This document shows positions 25,276 to 39,114 of a DNA stretch of 64,000 nucleotides, piece by piece. Below the pieces are notes generated by a model, which was not told where the DNA came from, made no database searches, and was given only the letters and a program-made list of their open reading frames with translations. Source of the DNA: Eledone cirrhosa (taxonomy: Eukaryota); assembly GCA_964016885.1 (NCBI GenBank), contig OZ024743.1:156984001-157048000 (forward strand). The letters are read 5' to 3'. Positions within the stretch are counted from its first letter, which is position 1. Every line of letters starts with the position of its first letter. The position numbers and the translations under genes are program-made.

Positions 25276-26159
25276 TCCTGTGTCAGTGTTGAACAAAAAG
25301 GTGACGTGGTTGCCTAAACACTGTACGGCGTAATTCAGGCTGTTTGTTTGTTTACAAACGGACAAACCGAGCATTATAATAAATTTTCGGTAAACCGATA
25401 CGTGCATATATATATGTGTGCATGTATGTATATATATACATACTACTGTACGTCTGTATACATATATGTATGTACGTATACATACATACATACTTACATT
25501 TAAGTAACTGCCGTACTAAGAGTGAGAAATGAAATTTCGTTTCATTCTATTACATTTATATATTTATATATATATTAATATATATATATTTCTTTCCAGC
25601 TATTTACTCCATCCAAGATACAACAATATACATAGATATTTTCCCATGTCCCAAACTAACTGTGTTTACGCCATCGTTCATCCTCGGGGGATCAGCGTTT
25701 TGCCAACGTTCATCCTGTCCAAGCTTACAGGTTTTGATATCAACCAGACTGGCCGCAGTAGAGTGGCAGGGAAGGATTATAATGAAACACAAGACACACT
25801 TATGTATCAATAATTTTGCACTTCTTTACCTCTAGCTATTTGGGATGGAATCAACCGTTTCCACCATCGTATCCACCAGATTCACTGCTACAGATGATGT
25901 GTCATATAAAAGCATCCTAGCCCGGAACATCTCTGATTTTATCATTAATTTAATGATGGCATACGGTACGTTTCATTATAAAATTTACTCAAATGAACAG
26001 TAGTGGCGGAAAATGTTTAGAGTAAAGTAACTGATATAGTCCCTGATCAGTTTCACCATATATTGATGTATGCCAGGAAAATATGAGTTGGGAAGGAATT
26101 CTGGATATATGTGTGTGTGTGTGTGTGTGAGTGTGTGTGTGCGTGTGTGTGGGGTGTGT

Positions 26160-26233
<74 letters not shown>

Positions 26234-27419
26234 TTTAGTACAGATATGTACAAATGTGCGACTTAGTGTCGTAGATTGTAGCATGGACGGAACAAAGCTA
26301 CACCTGATATGAGCAGTCGAAAACGACTCACTGCCAACAATATTGCTGGCCCATGCAGAGTCATAATATTTGACAAGATGTATTATACTAAATCACGTTG
26401 TCAACATGTGCTTTAAAGATCTTATGGGAACTAAAAACAATTGTAATATATGAAGAAATGCATATGGATTACACTACACTTCTCACTAAATCTTAAAGCG
26501 AGATAAATTATTTATATAGGAAAAGTATTCTTAGCTCTTACAGAGAAACACTTTCACGTAAGCCATAAATATAGATATTTTTTAGCAGACAAACAGTTAG
26601 AATAGGCTATTCCTGTGCATTAAATCTAGATCTTACATCACCAGCATCACTCGAGCTACTCCGCATAAGATTGCTCATACAGAAAGCCGAAGAAATGCTG
26701 CGTCGATAATATACAAAGATCAGTTCATCTCACATCTGGGCAAACCGACAACAGGAAAGAAATACCAACGCGGAAATATCCAATGGCAGATATTTAAAAC
26801 ACTTCTTAAACCAGGAGATAACCTGCAGTTACCCAGACAAGAAATCAAATACTAAATGTGCTTGTCTCATTTTTGATGTTAAGGACAGCGTCGAGAATTT
26901 CTCGATGAAATTTAGGATTCATGTAACGATACTTAAAAAGCCGTCTTAACAAGAGGGAGGGTTTGTTCAATTGCTGCTCACGTGCGTACATATTCATACT
27001 CAAACATGGGACGGTTCCGCCGGCTGCAGGATAATCTTTCGGAATACATTTGGAAAAAAACACAGACTAATAGATATTTCCGAATAGTACTACACGGACA
27101 CTGCTTTACCATTCCAGACTGCCCCATGATAAATGTTTTCCACATTTCCCATGTCGCTTTTACTCCTCAACCTAGAACAGCTTAGTCACGTAATATCATA
27201 CATTAAATAATTAATCTGTTTTTAACTAGAGACTATAATATATAGACTTCTACTTACAATATTTTTGGCTTCATATATTTTTACTTGTGAAATGTGCTGC
27301 AACAGTTCGCTCCCTTTAGCCTTTCAAAGAAGAATGCACGTATAGTTTTACACCTCTACATAATTAGTTTCATGTTTCACATTTGTATGAGGAGCCTTCC
27401 ATTATTATAAAATGAGAGG

Positions 27420-27605
27420 AGGCGGTGGGCTGGAAGTATCGGTAGAGGGTCTGACGCAATGCTTTACAGCAAAGAGTTACGGCCCTTTACGGACTGAGTT
27501 CAAATCCCGTCGTGGTTAACTTTGCCTTTCATCCATACGCGGTCGATAAAATAAAGCACCAGTAATACACTGGAATAATTGCTAGCATTGTGCCAAAAGT
27601 AGAAA
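27420..27605 (+). mobile_element. tRNA-derived SINE
   Basis: Same family; GAGTTCAAATCC B box. Confidence 0.9.
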
Positions 27606-27769
27606 TGAGATTATAAAAGATGAAGATCTAGCTGTAGTGAAACATTTCTACATTAATGCCATCATGAATCAGCGTAATAAATATTTATATGTTACAACAG
27701 CAATCATGAGGACTCGCACCTAATATCACTATGTGGATTTTGTAGCAATAGTCTTTTAACATTATTAAA

Positions 27770-27963
27770 GGGCAGTGAATTGGCAGTATCGGTAGAGGGT
27801 CGGATGCCATGCTTTCCAGCATAGAGTTGCGCCGCTTTACGGTCTGAGTTCAATTCCCACAGAGGTTAACTTTGCCTTTCATTTTTACGGGGTCGATAAA
27901 ATAAAGTACAAGTAATACACTGGTATAATTGCTGGCCTTGTGCCAAAAGCAGAAACAATTATT
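27770..27963 (+). mobile_element. tRNA-derived SINE
   Basis: Same family; ATT tail. Confidence 0.9.
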
Positions 27964-28789
27964 AAAATTCATTCTACACGTATGGTTATGTTACATGATA
28001 TAGTGTTATTAGACATGTAGGGTTATACATAAACATATTGTACATGTGTCCATATACGCCTTTCTTGAGAACTACATTATGTTAATGCTACCGCTAAGTG
28101 ATTCTAGCCAGTCAAGCTTGAAATATATGTAAATAAGCTTTCAGCTAGAATAGTATGTTTACAAAATCTAAACGCAAGCGAGTGCTAAGGAGGAGCGAGC
28201 AATCCGAAATAGATGTAGTTAGTGGTTTGTACACCGATTCGGATGTAGCTGTGATATGATCAAAACTGAAAATTCTCACATAGAGTTTAAATAATAGTTC
28301 CTGTCATATTTCTATTTTAGCCGTTGTAGCATAAACATAGAAACGAAGTAAAAGACCATTCATAAAAGTAAAATCATTTGTTAAACGATGTAAATATAGA
28401 ATGGTAGTTTTAAATGATCAGTCATCTTTGGGTATGACCAAATAGTTTTAAATACTGCCTCTGATTGCACAATGCTTTAGTTTAAATTGGGTTTGTTCAT
28501 GACCTCATCTTAGTTTAGTTCATGGAACAATATTTTAAGTTATTGATTATGATTTCAAAATACATTAGTTCAAATTCAGTGGGTGAATTATAAAGGACGC
28601 TACACTTGCTGACGTTGGTATTGGAGAAGTACCAAATATAATCCAATATTGTACACATGATTTTCTAAATAAACAGAATAGTTAAAGCAGTAATAACATT
28701 TTTTGACAGCACATAATATATATCTATCTATGTATCAGGCTCTACTTTTGACTATCTGTTCAGCTGAATTTATGGCTGTTCATATGTTG

Positions 28790-31620
28790 ATTTCTACTTC
28801 TTGTCAAGAGAGCGCCATTCCTTCATTGAACATTTCACGATCCTGTGCACGCAGTTGACCTTTCAGACCAGCTTTTGATTTACAACCACCTTCACGTGTA
28901 TTATAATTTAAGTGTCTGTCTCCGAGCATTATCACCTGGGGTGTTTCTTCATGCATTCTACTATGTATGATCAGTCCACCAGCTGATTTGCAAATTACGC
29001 GACACTTATTGCAAATGTACCGCGATGGGTGTGGCGGCAGAACCATCACACACGTAGCTTGAGAGACTAATCCAGCTCTCGGCAGACGATATCGTCCACA
29101 CAGAGTAAACTTCTATTCCTGTTGGAGTTTTGCACGCATTGCACTTGGGTTCGGCTTACAGAATGAATGCTCCACTTACCTTTCTCAAAGACATCATATC
29201 CCATACTTGAAGATGATTCTCCCTGATGTGCGGCTTTCAGCCAATGCTTTCCAGTTTTCTATATCAATCTTCACATTGTTTAATTCATGATATCTCTAAA
29301 CCGCTTCTTTGGTTTATGTGTTTTTTCTCTATATAGCTCCCCATATAATAACATTTTAGGCAGCCTTCCATCTTCCATCCTGACCACATGACCAGCTCAA
29401 AGCATCTGGGTCATAATAATCCTGTTCTCAATACTGGTGCTACCCAGTTTCTCAAGTACAGCAGCATCAGGTGTGTAATAGGGCCACATGATATCCTGCA
29501 TACGTAGGAAACTTTGCTGATGAAACATTTGCAGCTACTTGGCATGATGTTTGTAAGTTGTGCACGTTTTGTATCCTTGTAGCAGGGTTGTAAAAACACA
29601 GGCCCCATACATAGTGATTTTATCTCTCGTATTACCTCAATCTGACTAGTCTCGAATCTCAAGCTTCCAGAAAGAAAGACTCGCGTTCAGTATCGAGAGT
29701 ACCATTTCTACTAGATGTTCTTCCGCGATATACAAAGTTATCAGCAATTTCAAGTCCTTTTACTCCCACGAAAATACTTGCCTTTATATACGCTTCCCCA
29801 GCTGGAGTATACATAGCCTTTGCTTTTTATGCTATTTTGCCCAAATACAATGCATGCATTGGAGAAGGTGTCCAAGACAAACTGTATGCCCTCTACTGCG
29901 TGAACCACAACATTTGCATCAGCAGTATAAAGGAACACCCTGACAAGAATACCAAAGGTTTTGAACTTGATGTTAAAACATTGTAGATTAAAGCCTTTCC
30001 TGCAGTTTCTAAATCGCAAATATACACCAATTTCGAAGTCCTGGAAGGCATAATCAGCCCGGCGAAATAGATGGAGAACAGTGTGTATGCGGTCTGTCGC
30101 CTAGCTTGACACCGTTCTGCACTGAAATTGACTCTAAAAGTAAAGTCAAATTGAAGATCACGTTTACCTTCATATGTTGTTTCCTTAATATGACCCACAA
30201 TGCACTATGATTAACAGTATCGAAGACTTTAATAAGGTTCATAAATACATGGTATAATGGCACTCGGTACTCATCACAATTCTTCATAGGCTGGCGTGCT
30301 GGGAAAATCTTGTCCGTGTCTGAATCCACAATGGGTCTCATGGATGGCACCAGATCGAATCCATTTTAGTAGGCGATTCACCAAGACCTTTGGTAAGACT
30401 CCCCCTGCAGAGTAGAATAGACGTATACCACGGTAATCAACACAATCATATTTGAAGGCCTTGCACTTGTAAATCGACATCTAAATTTGCATCTGCTCAA
30501 TCTTGCGAGGAGAGGCTCACGAATGCCATACAGATAAAACTAGCCAATGAGTAACCATAACAATATTGTCTCCTCCGACGTGGATCAACTCAACATGTAT
30601 TCCATCCAGACCTGGAGCTTTCCCTATATTTATCTCTTTGACGGTAGACCTAATCTCATCAATGTTTAAATCTTTACTCATCTCTGACACAGTCTCATTG
30701 TGCGGCAGTCCATTAATATATTCCAAATCAACTGTGTACCAGTGCTTAACAACTCTTTGCAAGACGTCAATGTAGACAGTAGAGTTAATTTTAAGGCCTT
30801 GTGGAAAAGGGTGAGGAGGGATCATGTAAAGGTGTCGAAAACGGACTGTCGGAAGTTGGGGTACGTCTTACCGGAAGGGAAGGACGAGGGACGACACATC
30901 AGGTTCCTGGCGCCTATTCACTGCCTCTTTTTTGTCAGGTCATGACCTAGTGCGGACTTGTTTACGAAAATAGACGAGAGAGGTTCTGTCAACCTCAGTG
31001 GGACGTAAGTCACGTGGATGTTAGCCCAGGGGACAGTGGACAATTCTGTCTAGATTTTAAGTGTAGACGCAAGGTAGATTCGTTTTATTTCCATCACAAA
31101 CTAATTTCGACTATCTTCCTACACCCGGCAATCTTATTTACGGCAGCGTTTTTTGCTTTTTACTTCTTGTGCTGTTATTTACTTTCTACAACGTCCCATC
31201 ACCTATCGCATGCCCTTCATTGCTGACAACCCCTAAGACCTTGAGAATTGCAGGAAATATTGTGTGCATAACTGTTGGAACTTCAGAAGGCTCTGCAATA
31301 ACCATTCGTTATTTTATTTGTTCAATTCCTGATATTGATCAAAGTTGTTCAGGCTTGAGAAACAGCAAATCACATCATCTTCTGCTGGAGTTTTAGGTTT
31401 GTTTAAGAGCATTTATCTATCTGATTAAGCGATTTTCTTTTGTTTGGTTTTTATTCTGATATAAATCGGCCTTTCCCCAACACATAAGGCTTACATCTCA
31501 TGGTTTCGTGGACATTTCTGATCGTTCCTTCTGACAGATTCTCTGGGATTGTCAACGATGATCTCCTGAACTTGGTGGATGAATTCAAGTGTTCTAGTGA
31601 TGATTACTAATATTGTAGTC
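28790..31620 (-). mobile_element. Degenerate RTE-clade LINE ORF remnant
   Basis: Collinear fragments GKAPGLDGI, CVDYRGIRL, CGFR, KVFDTVNHSALW, QNGVK, and a C-terminal C2H2 CNKCRVICKSAGGLIIHSRMH. Confidence 0.8.
30738..31110 (-). mobile_element. Tc1/mariner-superfamily transposase fragment nested in the RTE
   Basis: MIPPHPFPQGLKINSTVYIDVLQRVVKHW resembles the region between the catalytic aspartates of DDxD transposases; recognised from memory. Confidence 0.55.
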
Positions 31621-31944
31621 GAAAGATCTGGCAACTTTTGAAAATTAAGATATCGCTAACTCGCTATGCTGAGCCTTTAAAGCCTGTCTTTTCATTTCTT
31701 GGGGAAGCTGAGTGTCTGCTATTTCCGAAAAGAAAAAGATGATATAATGTTTAGTAAAATGCAGCAATGACAAAACGAATATGTATATCCTCAGATACCT
31801 TATGCACAATGTATATACTGACATAGTCACTACTTTAAAACCGATAGCGTATGGTCTTCTAAGTGTTTTTAATTAAACTTAGGGTATATTGCCAAATATA
31901 CTATACATACATTCATGTATGCATCGCTATTTCAGAGCACCAAT

Positions 31945-32066
<122 letters not shown>

Positions 32067-32534
32067 CAAATTACAATTTATGAGGAAATAATACACAAAA
32101 ATATACCTATTTCTTCTTCAATGTCGCGACTTCAGTTTCGCCGAACCGTGTGCTACGGTATCATAATCTATAAAGCCCAGTGTATGGACATGCTTCTTTG
32201 TTATAGAAATCTACGATATAGAATTTCTTCAATTGAAATTTACAATTCAGTATTCGAAATAGCTTCGATTGCGTCTTGGCACAGATAATTTTTTCAATTT
32301 CACCTACAATTACGCAAAAAATAGATAAAACTCAATATTTTACGATTTCCTCTCTCATTTAAAGTGCTAAACTCTATCCATTACCATTCAAAATCTATAC
32401 AACTTCATACTTTCTGCTACTTTCTCTTTCCAAGTTTGATGGTGATACTGTCCGTTTTACTCTCTCATATCATCTGCTTACCTCCATCTACAACCCACAC
32501 ATTTTGCTACTTTCTCTTTTATACTTCAAAATTA

Positions 32535-32800
32535 CTGATTTATTTCCAAACGCATACAAACACACACTCACTTCAAATGATAAAAAAACATTTAAAGCAA
32601 TTAAACAACGTGCGTGATTTAAAACCACACTAACTTTTAGTTGCTTCAAACTTAATGATTTATTTACAAACACATACAAACACACACTCACATAAATTGA
32701 TAAAAAAAAATTTAAAGCAATTAAACAACGTGCGGGATTTATAACCACAAATACACGACTATTCATTAACAACATTTAAAGCAATTAAACAACGGGCGTG
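32535..32800. repeat. Tandem repeat of about 120 bp, about 2.3 units
   Basis: TGATTTATTT.CAAAC.CATACAAACACACACTCAC..TTTAAAGCAATTAAACAACG recurs with period 120. Confidence 0.8.
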
Positions 32801-33140
32801 ATTGCCGAAGAGAGAGAGAGAAGAGAGTGAGAGTGAGAGGGAGAGAGAGAACGTTTATTATTACATAAAGTACCAGTAATGTACTGGTTGATTGCTGGCC
32901 TTGTGCCACAAAAGTAGAAACAATTATTACAGTTCATACGAAACGACAATTATTCATAAGCAACAGATACATTTATTCAACAACAAGCGATAAATCTTTT
33001 TTAAAACCTCTCAACGAACGTGGATTCTTACAGACTGTGAGTCTAATCGGTTTGAAATTGTGCAAATGTATAAACATGGAACATGTGTACACACACAACA
33101 ACAACAACAATCTGCCTTTTATAGATAATGATAAACAATT

Positions 33141-33509
33141 ATATCCTCTATGGGGTAACTAAACCTGCTAGAAACCGCAGCTAACTCTCCCCCATATCAC
33201 ACCACTCCCTACTGTCTTAAATTTAGAAAACACATATCCTCTATGAGGTTACTAAACCTGCTAGAAACAGCAGCTAACTCTCCCCAATATCACACCCCTC
33301 CCTACTCTCTTAAATTTAGAAAACATATGTTCTATGGGGTCACTAAACCTGCTAGAAACAGCAGCTAACTCTCCCCATATCCCACCACTCCCTACTCTCT
33401 TAAATTTAGAATACACATATCCTCTATGAGGTCGCTAAACCAGTTAGAAACAACAACTAACTCTCCCTCATATCACAACCCTCCCTAATGTCTTAAATTT
33501 AGAAAACAC
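33141..33509. repeat. Four tandem units of 91-93 bp
   Basis: Units start at 33141, 33234, 33325 and 33417: ATATCCTCTATG.GGT.ACTAAACCTGCTAGAAACAGCAGCTAACTCTCCC..TCTTAAATTTAGAA. Confidence 0.92.
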
Positions 33510-33768
33510 ACAGACAACCATGCAGCACAACTCCATCGCAGCTCTGTTTTTCGGCTGGCATCGTCTACGCGCGTGTTGCGCAAGTACTGTGAAACAATAA
33601 ATTTCAACACTTTTTTGCACAGAGATAATGTCCATAGGCGAAACTTCAATTGTCACTGCTGGCGCCGCTCATGCTTCCAGGTTTGCAATTCATTTACCCA
33701 GTGCCTGGCAGACAAAAAGGTGGTGCCATAAAATGGGTGGTGCAACCTATCTTTGGTAACTTAATGAC

Positions 33769-33795
33769 CCCGAGCAACGCCGGGCTTTAATGCTA

Positions 33796-33796
<1 letters not shown>
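33769..33796 (+). mobile_element. Helitron 3' terminus
   Basis: Hairpin CCCG-AGCAACGC-CGGG, 8 nt, then CTAG|T. Same terminus type as the 40342-41213 element. Confidence 0.7.
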
Positions 33797-33838
<42 letters not shown>

Positions 33839-33866
33839 ATCAAAAGATGGTTAAAAGAGTTCCATG

Positions 33867-33937
33867 TATTTTATTATGCGCATTTCAAAAACAAATATCA
33901 TCATGCAATAACATTTGTGTTTTCATCAGATAAAATA
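33867..33937 (-). ncRNA. Type-I hammerhead (3' pLTR)
   Basis: TATTTTAT-CTGATGA-AAACACAAATGT..ATATTTGTTTTT-GAAA-TGCGCA-TA-ATAAAATA. Confidence 0.88.
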
Positions 33938-34163
33938 GGAAGACATGATATGAAGGTTAAAAAACACTTGTGGATAGTGCAGTTTTAAATCAACATATGA
34001 AAAGTAGTTTTAGATTGATGTGTGATATTGGGAAAAAAAGTTTTTTAGGAGGGGGGGGGGATGAACAAGAGGAGGAGATGAGAGTAAAAAGTGGAGGGGG
34101 AAGAGTATAATAAGGAAGGATGAGATAGGAGGAGAGATGGGTGATAGAAGGAGAGAGATAGCA

Positions 34164-35268
34164 TTTATAACTGAGAAAAATATATTGTTTTACATAGAGA
34201 GGTTGAAAAACCGTTGGAAGATAATGTATAAATTAAAAGAATTTGAAAATTAGCGAAGAGAAAAATAATGTAAAGTTAAGGTTTGTATATTGAAGGGTTT
34301 AATAATATGTGCGATAAAAAGAAAATGTTAATATGTATTAAAAATAATATTTAAGGGTTTAATAATATGTGCGATGGAAAGAAAATGTTAATATGTATTA
34401 AGAATAATATTTAAGGGTTTAATAATATGTGCGATGGAAAGAAAATGTTGATATGTATTATTAAAAATAGCAAAGGTAATGTAAGTAAGGATATATTGTG
34501 AAAAAAGTAGAATATAGGATGAAATAGATGAGCATGAAAGTGAGAAAAAAATAATGAATTGAGGATGAATAATCTAACGTCAAAAAAATGTTTATGTTTT
34601 CGAAGGATTTTTCAAGGTGATATAAAGTAAGAATTTATTGTATTTATAACTGAGAAAAATATATTGTTTTACATAGAGAGGTTGAAAAACCGTTGGAAGA
34701 TAATGTATAAATTAAAAGAATTTGAAAATTAACGAAGAGAAAAATAATGTAAAGTTAAGGTTTGTATATTGAAGGGTTTAATAATATGTGCGATGAAAAG
34801 AAATTGTTAATATGTATTGAGAATAATATTTAAGGGTTTAATAATATGTGCGATGGAAAGAAAATGTTAATATGTATTAAGAATAATATTTAAGGGTTTA
34901 ATAATATGTGCGATGGAAAGAAAATGTTGATATGTATTATTAAAAATAGCAAAGGTAATGTAAGTAAGGATATATTGTGAAAAAAGTAGAATATAGGATG
35001 AAATAGATGAGCATGAAAGTGAGAAAAAAAATAATGAATTGAGGATGAATAATCTAACGTCAAAAAAATGTTTATGTTTACGAAGGATTTTTTCAAGGTC
35101 ATATAAAGTAAGAATATATTGTATTTATAACTGAGAAAAATATATTGTTTTACATAGAGAGGTTGAAAAACCGTTGGAAGATAATGTATGAATTAAAAGA
35201 ATTTGAAAATTAACGAAGAGAAAAATAATGTAAAGTTAAGGTTTGTATATTGAAGGGTTTAATAATAT
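34164..35268. repeat. 2.3 tandem units of about 480 bp, each with 60-bp subrepeats, in the PLE 3' UTR
   Basis: Units start at 34164, 34643 and 35124; subrepeat AAGGGTTTAATAATATGTGCGATGGAAAGAAAATGTT. Confidence 0.92.
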
Positions 35269-35269
35269 T

Positions 35270-37461
35270 TTTGTCCTTCAAGGACCATATGAGTTCTGAG
35301 AGAGCCGTGTTGGTTCTTTTCAGTTGGTATTTAAAACACGAATGATGATTATAAAGACGAGCTTTAAAGGAGGTGGAAGTGGAGCCAAAATAGGTGAAGG
35401 AATTGGTGTCAGTTATAACTTTACATTCGTAGATTAAGTTTTTATCAAGACAATGGTTGTTGAGAGGACATTTATTTTTAACAGGGCAATTGCAATTGCG
35501 ATTAGAGAGATTATTAACGAGTGACCTAGTGTTATCTATAGAAGGAATTGGATTGGAGAAGTTGTTTCCGACAGGAATAATAGTTTCTTGATTTAGAATG
35601 GGATTAAGAACATTCAGCTTAGTTGTGTTTGACGTTGTATTTGGGTTTGCAGAAGTTAGCCTAGAGTGTACAATGACATCGGGAGTACTATTACTATTAT
35701 TATGATATTCAGTGTTGGAAGGAAGAGATTTAGTATTTAGTATTTTATTGTTGTGTTTAGAGATAATGTTGGAAATGTTGGAGGATGTCGAATAGGAAAA
35801 TTTTATAGTGTGTTTGTTAAATATTTTACTATAGATATGTGAGGGAGGAAAGCATTTATTTAAGGCACTAAAGAATAATTTAGGAATAGTATTATTAATA
35901 GAGATGGAGAAAGGAGTATTATACCAGATTATGTTTTTGTATCTAGGTCTTTTATTAAAGTTATTGGAATGATCATGATTAATTATTCTACTGTAAGATC
36001 TAGAATTTGTTTCTTTACTATATTTTATTTTATCAAGATAGCCGGCTTTAGAAAGCGCGTTATTATAGTAATTGGCGTTAGAATCAAAGATATTTTTATT
36101 AGAAGATGGGTTAGATATTATTTTTCCAATATTACTAACTATAGCATTCTTAATATTAATGGGGTGGTTAGATTTATAATTAACATAATTTAGGTTCTCA
36201 TTGTTTTTATGGTAAGGGTAATATAGGCCAGTGTCAAGATTAAGAGATACATCCAAGAAATTAGCTAGTTTGATGCTGTTATCAAATTCAATTTTTAAGT
36301 TATGTTGGTTAAAGAGATTACGTATATTGTTCTTAATAATATTAAGGTTAACTATGTTGCAATTTAAGATAGTAAAGAGTCCATCGTCACGATAAATTCC
36401 ACCGCGAAGTTGAGGAATTTTCCGACTCAAAGAGTTCAAAATAAAGATACCAATTAAATCTGTCAATTGGGATGAATCGGATGCTCCCATTGTGATGTCG
36501 AAGTTGTTAGAGGTATCAGCTCTGGTCCAATATTCCTTGTTGAACTCTAGGATGGTTGTACGTGCGGTGAGAATGATGTGAAGTTCCTCTGTGGTGATGT
36601 CAGAATATTTAAATGCGAAAGATAGAGCATTGTTGAGAAGTGAAGGCGAAATAGAAGAATAGTAGCTGGAAATATCAAATTGAACAAATTTTAGTTTGTT
36701 TTTATTATTCAATTTGTTGAACCAGCCAATCACTTCAGAAGTACCAAACCATAAATTTAAGTTCAAAGAAGAGCAATTAGAACGAACCTGTGGGATAATT
36801 ATATCCAAGATGGCTTTACTAACAACCCCAGATCTGATTTAGAGGGGGCGATTAATCTAACATTGAGTTCAGTGCGAAAATTGTTTTTGTGATCCTTGAG
36901 ATTTATCCTCGGAGTTTTTGGGAGGAATGGTTCGGTCTTTTTTCCGATGCCAAGTTTTGACATAATCTCAGAGGCTTCAAAGTTTATGGATTCTAAATTA
37001 TCATGGTTGGTTTCACGATATTTTTTCCTAAGTTCCTTTAGGATAAGGTTGTTATAGTTATCCTTGGAAATACCATATAAATTATTGGTTTTGTTAGAGT
37101 GGACTAAAACATTTTTTGACGAATTTAGGTTTGAAATTGTGTTCTTGAGATTTACAAGGTGCTCTTGTCCTTTGTAAGGGTATCTCTTGAATTTAAGATT
37201 TTTTATAATTTTTGTTAACTCTTCCTCGAATTGCACTAGATTTTTGCTGGAAGGAGGATTTCTTCTAGAATTAAATAGATGATCGAGGAAGTTATGTTCT
37301 TTGGTATAGAAGTTCCCCTTTAGGCGCTGGTCATAGAAATAAGCTATCCATCTAATTCTTCTTACAAAGAAGTCAGTTTTTTCAATTAGAAGTTTGGTGA
37401 ATTCAGATTTACCAGGTATAGGAATGTCTTTAGTTGAATTGGTTATGTTGTAATAATCCAT
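35270..37461 (-). pseudogene. PLE RT plus GIY-YIG ORF with one frameshift (about 36820) and loss of the endonuclease C-terminus
   Basis: KDIPIP..LIEKTDFFVRRIRW, VRLIAPSKSDLG, QFDISSYYSSI, MGASDSSQLTDLIG, GIYRDDG, CNCPVKNKCPLNNHCL, LIY..YFGST..FKARLYNH. Confidence 0.93.
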
Positions 37462-37669
37462 GTTGTAGAAGAAAAAATGTAAAGGACCATCAAAAGGTAT
37501 CCAATATGAGAGTTAGCGGTAAACCGTTAAGGAGCAAGTTAATGTAGGAGGTGAGTTTTATTGTAGTACAATAAAGCAATGCAGATATCGGATAAGAAGC
37601 ACTCTACAGTTTGTAGGACTGGAGTATACATAATATATAAGATCAAAAGATGGTTAAAAGAGTTCCATG

Positions 37670-37740
37670 TATTTTATTATGCGCATTTCAAAAACAAATA
37701 TCATCACCCAATAACATTTGTGTTTTCATCAGATAAAATA
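37670..37740 (-). ncRNA. Type-I hammerhead (5' pLTR, about 210 nt upstream of the ORF start)
   Basis: Same motif as 33867-33937; differs only in the loop II region. Confidence 0.88.
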
Positions 37741-39043
37741 GGAAGACATGATATGAAGGTTAAAAAACACTTGTGGATAGTGCAGTTTTAAATCAACATA
37801 TGAAAAGTAGTTTTAGATTGATGTGTGATATTCTGAAAAAAATGTTGAGGGGGAGGGGGGGGGGGGCGGAAAGGAGGAAAAAGAGGAGGAGATGAGAGTA
37901 AAAAGTGGAGGGGTGGGGGAGAATAATGAGGAAGGATGAGATAGGAGGAGAGATGGGTGATAGAAGGAGAGAGATAGTTTTTATAACTGAGAAAATATAT
38001 TGTTTTACATAGAGAGGTTGAAAAACCGTTGGAAGATAATGTATAAATTAAAAGAATTTGAAAATTAACGAAGAGAAAAATAATGTAAAGTTAAGGTTTG
38101 TATATTGAAGGGTTTAATAATATGTGCGATGAAAAGAAATTGTTAATATGTATTGAGAATAATATTTAAGGGTTTAATAATATGTGCGATGGAAAGAAAA
38201 TGTTAATATGTATTAAGAATAATATTTAAGGGTTTAATAATATGTGCGATGGAAAGAAAATGTTGATATGTATTATTAAAAATAGCAAAGGTAATGTAAG
38301 TAAGGATATATTGTGAAAAAAGTAGAATATAGGATGAAATAGATGAGCATGAAAGTGAGAAAAAAATAATGAATTGAGGATGAATAATCTAACGTCAAAA
38401 AAATGTTTATGTTTACGAAGGATTTTTTCAAGGTGATATGAAGTAAGAATATATTGTATTGTTTAATAATTGTTTCTATGTTAGGCACAGTGAGAAAAGG
38501 TACAGATTAGGGGTTAGAAATTAAAAGAAAAAGAAAAGAAAAGGAAAAGGAAGAAAGGGAAGTGATAAATAGGAGTGATATAGAATGAGTAACAAGTATT
38601 ATATAATGTATAATAAATAACTTTGAAATAAGGTAGAAAGATGGGTATATTTTTAAAGAAGTATATATATATATATATGTGCCTTTGAGAAAAGGATTCT
38701 AAATTGATAAAGTATTGGATATTAGTTGTATACTTTAGGGAATGTTCTGTGGAATTTATGCAAGCAGAGAGAATACAAGTCAGTGCGTCTATTTATTATA
38801 GAATCTAAATTAGATATAATGTTATTTTTTTTCATTTAGACAGAGATTGCAAGTCTTGGATAGAGAACTGTTCAAGTATGAAGAATCAGAAGAAACCTTT
38901 TTCCAAGAGATGTTATATTTAATATTTTTGTCTTTCAAGGACCATATGAGTTCTGAGAGACATCAATCTAAAACTACTTTTCATATACTGATTTAAAACT
39001 GCACTATCCACAAGTGTTTTTTAACCTTCATATCATGTCTTCC

Positions 39044-39114
39044 TATTTTATCTGATGAAAACACAAATGTTATTGCATGATGATATTTGTTTTTGAAATG
39101 CGCATAATAAAATA
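39044..39114 (+). ncRNA. Type-I hammerhead (inverted pLTR)
   Basis: Same motif; 8-bp stem I; predicted cleavage after 39106. Confidence 0.88.

Larger units (their letters stand above)
24241..25550 (-). mobile_element. ORF-less retrozyme-like array: two tandem units of about 440-460 bp plus one inverted unit
   Basis: 24241-24676 is similar to 24677-25138, and 25139-25550 is an inverted copy. Each unit has one HHR. Confidence 0.8.

Noticed and set aside
26630-27065. Possible minus-strand exons in unique sequence
   Set aside because: Stops occur in all frames between plausible splice sites, and no protein is recognisable.
33141-35268. CRISPR-like arrays
   Set aside because: The units are wholly repeated with no unique spacers; eukaryotic context and no cas genes.
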